Positions 1 to 8,865 of a stretch of 64,000 bases of DNA are shown piece by piece. The notes beneath the pieces were generated by a model. The model was not told the DNA's origin. It worked only from the letters and a program-made list of their open reading frames with translations, and did no database searches. The stretch is from contig NIVC01003577.1 of NCBI GenBank assembly GCA_002269645.1, forward strand, positions 26,161 to 90,160, read 5' to 3'. Both the position numbers and the translations under genes were made by a program. Source of the stretch: Macrostomum lignano (taxonomy: Eukaryota). The number at the start of each line of letters is the position of its first letter. Position 1 is the stretch's first letter.

Positions 1-2031
1 TCATCTTTTAGATTCTTGCTTAGTTCGTCTAGACTGGCAGCTAGAAATTGATATGAATCCTTCAGTCTTATTTTACCTGTACCCGAATTATCCTGTTTAA
101 TATCAACACACTTAAACTTCTCCTTGTTCTCTGCGATGCAATCAAGGTGTATGTCTGGAATCATGCCAATTTTTTCAACTATTAAATGCATGTCATAGTT
201 CTTTGCGTTGTGACAAAATATCGTTAGATCATGAATGTTCGATTTTAGCTTTAGATTACAGGTGTTATGCGCTGCACCTCTAAATTTCCCAGTAAAGTGG
301 CAGTGGTCCCTAACGGTGGGGTTTTTAAAATCAGTGCAAGTTAACTGTTTCCTGCAGATGTGGCAATGAGTTGCTGATAGGAAATTGCTTTCATCCTCCT
401 CAGACATACTTATTGGAATAGGTGCTAATCACTCTTTGCAACTCTAACATTCTGGCAATAAACTGCTCCACACACTGCTGTCCAAAGAAATAATTATACT
501 CAACAAGTCCTTTTGTAATAATAAAGGCATATGCTACTGAATTGGGGACATGTCTTTGAGTTTGAGTTTGTTTTCAAGTTTGAGTTTGTTTTTGTTTTTG
601 AGTTTGTTTTTGTGTTTCTGGCATGATTGAGCATTCGAAATCAGCATATACAACAAATGGGAGCTTCTCCATCTTGTGATAGTTCTTAAACCGGAGATAC
701 TTCTCTTCAGCTGAAGGAAGAGAGCAGTTGGTCGGGTGATCCTCGCATGATAATTCATGCTCTGCTAGTTTTTCAAAGCGTTCAGGTCCACTGTAATGCT
801 TAAGGCACAAGCGGCAGATGGCAACAGCCTCGTGATGATTATTCAATTGCTTGTGAATGAGTCTTGAAAGATCTTTAACCCAAACATAGTGAGCCTCCTC
901 TAGTAAATTACCAATCACTAGAAGATCCACTTCAGTCCGCCTTTTCCCCTCAGGATCTAAAACGTCTTTGCTACATCTGACCGGTTGAACTTTCTCAGTT
1001 TTTTCACTCCACTCAAAGACTGTGATTCTAATTTTGTTATTAAACACCTCTTCCAGCTTTGGGATCTGAGAAATCGCCAAGCCTCCTTTGTCAAACCTGA
1101 TTCCCTTCTTTTCGCATTCAATGAGATAGTAGTTGAAATAATTTTGATAATTTGAGGTTCTTTCAGGGTGGTGAGGGACACTATCATGAAGAAGTGCAGA
1201 AAGAACTGCCCATAGAGCACAGCAATTGTCTTTATTTTTAACATTTATGCAAGCTTTTTTGCCGGCTAGCTTGTGTGGGAGCTCTATATAAGAGGAGGCT
1301 TTAAGTGGGTCATATTTCATGACCATGACAGTCGCTCTTTGAATCCCTCCTACGACCCATCCAGAACCTCTGGATGTAAACGCTTCAATTTTCTTAGTGA
1401 CATCTTGAAGGAAAGGATCCAGTGTGTCTGTAGGGGTGAATGGCTTTGCCTTTGTTGTCATGTAATACTCGAGATGCTCAGTGGGTTTTGCAGGCATATA
1501 AAATGCAATCTTGAATGATATCTGTAGTTTAAAGCTCTTGCTTGTTTTGAGTGTGTGATCAACAACTGATTGGATGCTGTCTTTATGGTCGTAGATGTTT
1601 GCGGTGGTACCGTTGGTGTCGTTAATTGGGATTGTGTACTCGATGTAATGTTCTGTAAACTTTCTCTGTGCAAAATTAATCTCTTCAATGGCAAGCTCCG
1701 ACTCTTTTAAATGGATTAATTGCTCTAATTTCTCTTGTTCCTGCTTATTTTGTGGGTACTTTGCTTTTTCACCAGTGAGAGTTTCGTATTTGTTAACTAA
1801 GTTGCGACTCCTCTCTTGGTGTTCCTTTGCAGGATTTTGTATAGGCGCATACTGGTTGGATTCTAATTGATTGATGATTTCCAACTGTTTTTCATAGCTT
1901 CCCAGGTGACCAGGGTCGGTGTTAAACTTTTGTTTACATGCTTCTCTTAGTAAATTACTTTTGTCTTGAAATGAGACGCCTTTTGAAAAATATTTGTTGA
2001 CTAAATATTTTGCTGGATTGGCTTTTGGCAT
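1..2031 (-). pseudogene. polB: Protein-primed family B DNA polymerase (Polinton type), N-terminal half; in-frame TGA at 574-576 and a frameshift near 420 as assembled
   Basis: ORF 574-2031 has SSYIELP...INVKNKDNCCALWAV...HYVWVKDLSRL...PFVVYADFEC (ExoI). Manual translation past the stop gives QRHVPNSVAY, then after a shift CHIC...VRDHCHFTGKFRGAAHNTCNL...FCHNAKNYDMHL (ExoII)...KDSYQFL, open to the window edge. Confidence 0.9.
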
Positions 2032-2154
2032 TTTTTCTCTAAAATAAAAAAAAAATTTGAGGGTTACTACCCTGATAGAAAAGTTGAACTGTTTCTACAT
2101 CCTATAAGTAGCGCTTGGTTTATGAAGCTGGATAAAGTGGGGTTTTAAACCTCA

Positions 2155-2611
2155 TCACATGCGCATTATTGTAAACCCAGCATTGTGTAGTGTCATGATA
2201 GCTTTGACAATGTCAGACTTGCTTACAGAATTTTCATGCTCAAAATCATCACGATCGGGGCAGCCCTCAGGGCAGTCCTCTCCTGCCTTAATTGTTATAC
2301 CTTTATCTCTTGCAATCTTTTGCAATTCTAGCCGGTGGGCCTATCATTCCAGCTTTAACAGCAGTTGCTACACCTCCAGCTACACCACCTGCGGCACTTA
2401 CAGCGCCTGCAATGATCGGAATAAGAGCTGCTAATGGTAGGATTCCTCCTGACTTTTCATCTGTGATGCTGTGTCTTTGTTCATTACACTGAACTATTTG
2501 CTGCGTGGGATCGATTTTTACTTTGATACCTTTAATTGATATAAGACCTGGTTTCTTTGATTCAATGATTTTATTGAGTTTATTGATGGTTCTGGTTTCA
2601 ATCTTTGTCAT
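2155..2611 (-). pseudogene. Small Polinton protein with an amphipathic GGILPLAALIPIIAGAVSAAGGVAGG segment (candidate membrane-active/capsid-associated protein), frameshifted near 2350
   Basis: ORF 2303-2611 carries the GGILPL...AAGG.AGG segment. A second frame continues LELQKIARDKGITIKAGEDCPEGCPDRDDF...AGFTIMRM* to TGA at 2155-2157. Confidence 0.6.
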
Positions 2612-2627
2612 TTTTTATTTTAATATT

Positions 2628-3667
2628 TTAATTAATTTCTGTGTCAGCTGGTATCACTAGCAGTTCAGCTCTAGTGAATGACCGCGTGGGGGATTTAGGG
2701 TTAAAGGCCTGAGATAAAAAGTAATAGTCACCGGAGTCGGAGGTAAAATGTCTGTCTATTTTATGTACATCAAGGCTGAAGTATGGATCTGTAGCTCTTC
2801 TTTTAGTGTCCTTCTCTAGCTCTCCAGGTAGATATAAAAACCGTAGAAACTCAGAGTTTGTCAGTATGTATGGTGATTCAACTCCGGTAGCTTAGGGTAG
2901 TTAGAGGTGTGTTTTGTGTTGTGTGTGTTGTGTGGGGTTGTCGTGTTGTTGTCTGTTCTATGAGTTGCCTTAAGTTCGACAGTGTCTTGTTTAATTGCAT
3001 GGGACGGTTTCAATCCAGTCATGCGTGTGACTTCATTGTTCAGTTGCTCTATAACAGTGGGGAGGCGGTCTGTCCATTTTGAATAGTACTGACCACTTTT
3101 TAGTTTCAGCTCTTCAGCTGTCTGCTGCTTAGTGAATAGCCTCTTGGCTAGAGTTAGATTGAATCTTTCCACAAAAGCCTGGTCTCTGTGCAAGTTTGTT
3201 CTGCCATAGCGAATCTCTGTGTTTTTCTTTTCCATAAGGGATTTCACTGCACCCATGAATTCCTTACCCGGGTCGGTCATAAGGGTTTGGGGGTGTGTGA
3301 GCGGAGAGTTTTTATAAATATCTTGCAGTGCGCTGGCAACAACCTCTGACTTCTTCGTCTTGAGTGGGCGAGCTTCCTTATATCTGGAAGCAATGTCTAT
3401 TACTGTGAGAGCATACTTGTAGCCCGAGTCATTGGGGAGAAACAGAAGATCTGCTTGGTGTGCCTCATTAGGTTTATAAATACTGAAATGGGGCCTTTCA
3501 AATTTTACTGGTGGGAAATAGACTTGAAAGACAGCCTGCTTAGAGAGCCATTTTTCTACTGTAGCTTTTGGTTCCTTACTCAGCTCCATGAGTTTACTAA
3601 CGGCATTTTTACCTACAAAGAATCCTTTGTCGCTGTAGTAGAGTTTTTTAAGTTTCTGATCTGTCAT
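2628..3667 (-). pseudogene. Retroviral-like DDE integrase of Polinton type; one frameshift near 2880
   Basis: HQADLLFL...YALTVIDIASRY...LMTDPGKEF...QAFVERFNLTL (D,D,E core). The shifted frame continues FLRFLYLPGELEKDTKRRATDPYFSLDVH...FTRAELLVIPADTEIN* to 2628. Confidence 0.9.
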
Positions 3668-3697
3668 TTATTTAAAAAGAAAATTTTAAATAAAATA

Positions 3698-4181
3698 ATG
3701 CAGCGCTCTGGTGGTAAAATAGATTCACATGGACTGATAGAAAAGCTTCCTCATCCAAACAAAGGCTGGACACTTCCCGGCTATAAATATTGCGGGCCTT
3801 TGAATCCACTTGAAATACAGTTAGATAAAAACAATAATCCACATCCTGGGCATGAGCCTGTGAACGAGCTAGACTCTGTCTGCATGTGGCACGACGTTAA
3901 ATATAGAGATTTTCCTGAGGAGAAGAATCGCTGGACAAAGAAATGCTCAGGAGACTCGACAATATGGGGATTTCACGCGGTGGAAGGAATCGATCGCTCG
4001 GAAGCTAGTTAAAGCTGTTATTTTTGGTAAGAAAAAGCTGGGGTTGGGAATGGACGTCGAGGGTGAGTGTTTGGGAAGAGAGGGCGAGTGCACGGGGAGA
4101 GAGGGCGAACGCAAGGGAGCCGGGTTTATTTTGTGCGCTCCTAACAATGACTTGGGAAGGCTCTTGAAAGATATGGGGTAG
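3698..4181 (+). pseudogene. Parvovirus-type phospholipase A2 domain protein (Polinton-associated), frameshifted after about 3935
   Basis: From ATG 3698: TLPGYKYCGPLNPL (Ca-binding loop)...PVNELDSVCMWHDVKY (HD catalytic motif). Shifted frames give DKEMLRRLD and RKLVKAVIFGKKKLGLG. Confidence 0.85.
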
Positions 4182-4267
4182 AGAGAGCGCGCGTGGGGGG
4201 AGAGAGATTTTCACTTTAACTGAGCCCAGCCGAGGAAGAATTCCGTCTCGAGGGAAGGCCAGAATGC

Positions 4268-4347
4268 AAACGATTTCGGCCTCGCACGAGGCCAAAATGA
4301 AAACGATTTCGGCCTCGGGCGAGGCCAAAGTGAAAAGGATTTTGGCC
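4268..4347. repeat. Tandem 33-bp units each carrying a GGCCTCG-NN-CGAGGCC hairpin
   Basis: GGCCTCGCACGAGGCC at 4278-4293 and GGCCTCGGGCGAGGCC at 4311-4326, then a partial third unit. Confidence 0.8.
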
Positions 4348-4358
4348 TTTCTGTTTTT

Positions 4359-4601
4359 TTAACGCAATTGCTTAATGATTTCTGCAAAGTTATAATAGCT
4401 ATCGTAATCTTTTACGTAGGGTACTCCATACTTATGAAACCAGTGTCTTTGGAGAGCTAGATTAATATTAGGGACATTGATATCAACGTCGGGCCAATAT
4501 TTTCTCATGTACTCGCTGCATTCTAGTTTGCATTGGTACTTGGATTTGTACAATGGATGAGGCTGAGTATAATAGGAACCTGGAGAGACAACTGGAAACA
4601 T
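4359..4601 (-). CDS. Hypothetical 80-aa protein of the Polinton-like element
   Basis: ATG at 4601 in the same AATAAAA-ATG context as the other viral genes; aromatic-rich sequence (MFPVVSPGSYYTQPHPLYKSKY...RHWFHKYGVPY); no recognised domain. Confidence 0.45.
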   Translation of the reverse strand: MFPVVSPGSYYTQPHPLYKSKYQCKLECSEYMRKYWPDVDINVPNINLALQRHWFHKYGVPYVKDYDSYYNFAEIIKQLR

Positions 4602-4829
4602 TTTTATTGAGAATTTAATTTTTTTCAAAGGGTAAGGACCCTGGGTTAGGGGATTTAAAGTTTTAGGGATGTGGTAGCATGTTGCAAATTGAATGTGGGG
4701 AGAAGAATGCAGATTATTTTCTGATTGTTTCGAATATGCTATGGGTGGATGTCAGTGGATGATGTAGGACACTTGTTATGCTCTTATTCTGTCGTGGAGG
4801 AAGGAGGATAGGTTAGGAGGATAGGTTAG

Positions 4830-7187
4830 TGCGACAAGTGTCAGAAGACGGCTCGAGTCCCAGGCAATCACAAGGTACCACTAGTCCAAGTGCCTGGAGT
4901 GGAGGAGGCCTTCACCAAAGTTATCATCGATATCAGTGGACCGTATACGAGGACTGCGAGTGGTCACCAGTACATCCTGTCGATTATCGATGCGGCTACT
5001 CGATTCCCCGAAGGAGTCCCGCTGCGAAAGATCGACGCTGAGTCCGTAGCGAAGGCATTGGTGGACTGCTTCGTGAGGACCGGATTCCAGAGGGAGATCC
5101 AGAGCGATAAGGGTACTAACTTTTCATCAGCACTGCTGCAGGCCCTGTACCGGTGTACCGGGGTCGAGGGCATCCAGTCGACGCCGTACCATCCGCAAAG
5201 CCAGGCGTTGGTGGAGAGGTTCCACGGCACTCTCAAGAATATGTTGAGGAGACTACCAGCTCGCGAGAAAAAGAAGTGGGACCAGTACCTACCGTATCTG
5301 CTGTTCGCCATTCGGGAGGTGCCCAACGAAACAACTGGCTTCTCCCCATTCGAACTTTTGTATGGACGCACTGTGCGGGGACCGCTAGATCTACTGCGGC
5401 AGACCTGGGATGAGCAGCTCTCCGAAGAGAAGAAGGACATCATCTCGTTCGTGCTGGCCCAGAGAGACCGACTGCGGGCTGGCCAGGAAGCGGCACGGAA
5501 CAGCGAAGAGCTAGCACGGAAGCGTCAGAAACTCTGGTACGACCGGCAGTCGCGGGAACGAGAGTTGCAGCCCGGAGATCAGGTGCTGCTGCTGCTGCCA
5601 TCGTCATCCAAGAAGCTTCACGCTGAATGGCGCGGTCCCTATGAAGTACTGGAGAGGTGCAGCGATGTGAACTACCGGATTCGGATGGGCCCTGCGACAA
5701 ACACGTTTCATGTCAACCTGCTTAAGAAGTACAATTCACGAGAGGCGGTTTTGATGCAGCTTCCAGCGGCAGCTACGAGTGCTCCTGAGTTGTCCGAACA
5801 TCTGACACCGGCCGAGAGAGATCGTCTCCTGCAGCTGGTGCAGGACTTCGCGGGCGTCTTCAGCGAGATCCCGGGCAGGACTGACCTAGTGGAGCACCGT
5901 ATCCGGACGACATCTGACCGCGTAGTGCGCATCCGGCCGCGACGGGAGCCGCAGGCGCATCGGCAGGTGCTCCAAGAGGAGATTCAACGCATGCTGGACC
6001 TCGGGGTGATCGAACCATCTGACAGTGACTACTGCTCCCCGGTCTGTCTGGTGGCCAAGAAGGACGGCTCAGTCCGGTTCACTGTCAACTTCAAGGCGCT
6101 GAATGAGCTGGTGGCCTTCGACTCCTATCCGATGAAGAACATCGAGGACCTACTGGAGCGGGTCGCCAAGGCCAAGTTCATATCTAAGCTAGACTGCTGC
6201 AAGGGCTACTGGCAAATTCCACTGTACGAGGATTCAAAGCGATTGACGGCTTTCGCGGCCTGCGGCAAGCTGTATCACTTTACTGTGATGCCCATGGGCT
6301 TAAACTGCAGCAGCGCGACGTACCAGAGGCTCATGGACAAGCTGTTCCAAGGGCTGGACAACGCGGAATCCTACATCGATGACATCGCCGTGTTTAGCGC
6401 GACATTCGAGCAGCACGTCAAGGACCTGAGGGAAGTATTTGGTCGCCTTAAGGCTGCCGGTCTAACGGTGCAACCCCGAAAGTGCTACCTGGGCGGCAAC
6501 TCTGCTGACTACCTGGGTTTCAAGCTCGGCGGAGGCGAGATCGGTACAAGCGAGGACCGAGTGCGGACAATCACGGCGCTGGCTCAGCCCCGGACCAAGG
6601 CTCAGCTGCGATCTGTGCTCGGAGTGCTCAACCACTACCGTCGGTTCGTGCCCGATTACTCAGAAAAGGTGGCGGCCCTGACGGACCTCACGAAGAAGTC
6701 GGCACCCGATGACCTGACGGCGGCCTGGGGAGAGCAGCAGACGCGAGCCTTCGAGACTGTGAAATCTCTGCTGGCGAGCGAGCCGGTGCTGCGCGCGCCG
6801 GACTACAGTCGGCAGTTCACCTTGGAGACTGACAGCTCGGAGACTGGGATCGGCGCGGTGCTAACGCAAGAGTTCGAGGACGGCATCCATCCCGTGCTAT
6901 TCGTATCTCGGCGGTTGACTTCGGCGGAGCGGAGCTACGCGACGATCGAGAAGGAGTGCCTCGCCGTGCGCTGGGCGGTCGAGAAGCTGCGGCACTACCT
7001 GCTAGGCCGCCGGTTCGTCATCAAGTCCGACCATAAGCCGCTGCAGTACCTGCAGATGGACCACGCCAACCCACGACTCCAGCGGTGGGCCTTCTATCTG
7101 TCCGGCTATGACTACGAGATCCAGTACCAGCCAGGCGAAAGCAACACGGTGGCCGATGGTCTCAGCAGGATCTGGGCTAGTGACTGA
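4830..7187 (+). CDS. pol: Pol polyprotein fragment: integrase (CxxC, DDE, GPY) - reverse transcriptase - RNase H
   Basis: Open frame from CDKC (4830); IIDISGP/IQSDKGTNF/VERFHGTLK; WRGPYEV; RT KLDCCKGYWQIP...MPMGL...YIDDIAVFS; RNase H TDSS...EKECLA...SDHKPL...ADGLSR. Confidence 0.95.
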   Translation, partial: CDKCQKTARVPGNHKVPLVQVPGVEEAFTKVIIDISGPYTRTASGHQYILSIIDAATRFPEGVPLRKIDAESVAKALVDCFVRTGFQREIQSDKGTNFSSALLQALYRCTGVEGIQSTPYHPQSQALVERFHGTLKNMLRRLPAREKKKWDQYLPYLLFAIREVPNETTGFSPFELLYGRTVRGPLDLLRQTWDEQLSEEKKDIISFVLAQRDRLRAGQEAARNSEELARKRQKLWYDRQSRERELQPGDQVLLLLPSSSKKLHAEWRGPYEVLERCSDVNYRIRMGPATNTFHVNLLKKYNSREAVLMQLPAAATSAPELSEHLTPAERDRLLQLVQDFAGVFSEIPGRTDLVEHRIRTTSDRVVRIRPRREPQAHRQVLQEEIQRMLDLGVIEPSDSDYCSPVCLVAKKDGSVRFTVNFKALNELVAFDSYPMKNIEDLLERVAKAKFISKLDCCKGYWQIPLYEDSKRLTAFAACGKLYHFTVMPMGLNCSSATYQRLMDKLFQGLDNAESYIDDIAVFSATFEQHVKDLREVFGRLKAAGLTVQPRKCYLGGNSADYLGFKLGGGEIGTSEDRVRTITALAQPRTKAQLRSVLGVLNHYRRFVPDYSEKVAALTDLTKKSAPDDLTAAWGEQQTRAFETVKSLLASEPVLRAPDYSRQFTLETDSSETGIGAVLTQEFEDGIHPVLFVSRRLTSAERSYATIEKECLAVRWAVEKLRHYLLGRRFVIKSDHKPLQYLQMDHANPRLQRWAFYLSGYDYEIQYQPGESNTVADGLSRIWASD

Positions 7188-7366
7188 CTAAGTGATTTAG
7201 TGACTGACCAAGTGATTTAGAGACTGACTGAGCGATTTAACTTTTATTAAAGTCGTTAGTGGCCAAGTTTGCATTGTTTTTTTTGTAAGACATATCCGAA
7301 CTTTGCGTGACCCTGCGATTGATTTTTGGCTTGCGATTTTTCCGGCTTCGATCTTTTGGTGGAGGG

Positions 7367-7699
7367 TGTGACGGTGGACTTTTCTTTGTGCCACCCCATT
7401 TTTGATAAGTCTATAAATAGACCTGGTGCACGCCAGAGGGCGATACTTGTTTTCTTGGTTTTGGCTCAGTTAGGAGCCTTGGACAATCAATATCATTCTT
7501 ATTTATTTAAAAGAATGCAACAAAACATAAACAGCTGGGGCACATTACATTATCGTATTGTTAATTTAGTGTTCTGCTCAGACTCAACTACAAAACTCGA
7601 ACTGCTACTCAACAGTAGTCAGTGAGTGCTTTCACAAGCCCACAGCTGGAAACTCCACGAGTTCTACGAAATGAGAACGGAGATGAGAGCACTGTGACA
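7367..7699 (+). repeat. Putative 3' LTR of the Gmr1-like element
   Basis: Starts TGTGAC directly after the purine tract, contains TATAAATAG near 7411 and ends ...TGTGACA; no second copy in the window to confirm. Confidence 0.5.
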
Positions 7700-7974
7700 T
7701 GATGATTTGGGAATTTGGCAGATCCAGAAACCAGGAGGCGAATTGCGAAATGAGTAGTTTAGAAATTCACTGAATCAACCGCTGGCCAGCTGATGGATGC
7801 CTTCTGAGGTAAACGAAGCCAACATTGATGACCTGCAGGCCTTCGAGGCTTCCTTCGATGCCCCTGCAATCGCAAAACTGAAGCAGAAACGTTTAAAGTT
7901 TGTCTCAAGTTTGGTTTTAATCAGAATACCAATGCAAAAATATCTGAAGTCACAGGCAATACTCTAATGCAATC

Positions 7975-8865
7975 TCTAAATCTGCCCTCCTCCCTTTCCT
8001 ATCCCTCTCTCTTCCCTTCCCCATCTCCCCTCTCCTCCCTTCCCCATCTCCACTCTCCTCCCTTCCCTATCTCCCCTCTCCTCCCTTCCCCATCTCCCCT
8101 CTCCTCCCTTCCCCATCTCCACTCTCCTCCCTTCCCTATCTCCCCTCTCCTCCCTTCCCCATCTCCCCTCTCCTCCCTTCCCCATCTCCACTCTCCTCCC
8201 TTCCCTATCTCCCCTCTCCTCCCTTCCCCATCTCCCCTCTCCTCCCTTCCCCATCTCCACTCTCCTCCCTTCCCTATCTCCCCTCTCCTCCCTTCCCCAT
8301 CTCCCCTCTCCTCCCTTCCCCATCTACACTCTCCTCCAATCCCTATCTCCCCTCTCCTCCCTTCCCCATCTCCCCTCTCCTCCCTTCCCCATCTCCACTC
8401 TCCTCCCTTCCCTATCTCCCCTCTCCTCCCTTCCCCATCTCCCCTCTCCTCCCTTCCCCATCTACACTCTCCTCCAATCCCTATCTCCCCTCTCCTCCCT
8501 TCCCCATCTCCCCTCTCCTCCCTTCCCCATCTACACTCTCCTCCAATCCCTATCTCCCCTCTCCTCCCTTCCCCATCTACACTCTCCTCCAATCCCTATC
8601 TCCCCTCTCCTCCCTTCCCCATCTCCCCTCTCCTCCCTTCCCCATCTCCCCTCTCCTCCCTTCCCCATCTCCCCTCTCCTCCCTTCCCCATCTCCCCTCT
8701 CCTCCCTTCCCCATCTCCCCTCTCCTCCCTTCCCCATCTCCCCTCTCCTCCCTTCCCCATCTCCCCTCTCCTCCCTTCCCCATCTACACTCTCCTCCCTT
8801 CCCTATCTCCCCTCTCCTCCCTTCCCCATCTACACTCTCCTCCAATCCCTATCTCCCCTCTCCTT
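7975..8865. repeat. Pyrimidine-rich minisatellite (about 24-bp units, CCCCATCTCCCCTCTCCTCCCTTC-like)
   Basis: Direct inspection; explains the spurious low-complexity ORFs here. Confidence 0.95.

Larger units (their letters stand above)
1..4700. mobile_element. Polinton/Maverick (adintovirus-like) endogenous viral element, partial; continues past the left edge, right boundary uncertain
   Basis: Compact, AT-rich, intronless cluster of pPolB, rve integrase, parvovirus-type PLA2 and a small GGILPL protein, with very short intergenic gaps (17 nt between integrase stop and next ATG; 30 nt between divergent integrase and PLA2 starts). Confidence 0.88.
4830..7699 (+). mobile_element. Gmr1-like Ty3/gypsy LTR retrotransposon, 5'-truncated (no gag, protease or 5' LTR)
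   Basis: Pol with INT-RT-RH order, followed by a purine tract (GGTGGAGGG) and a TGTGAC-starting LTR-like segment. Confidence 0.85.

Noticed and set aside
3455-3697. N-terminal part of the 185-aa ORF 3455-4012
   Set aside because: It is the antisense shadow of the integrase gene; the PLA2 homology and A-rich start context begin at ATG 3698.
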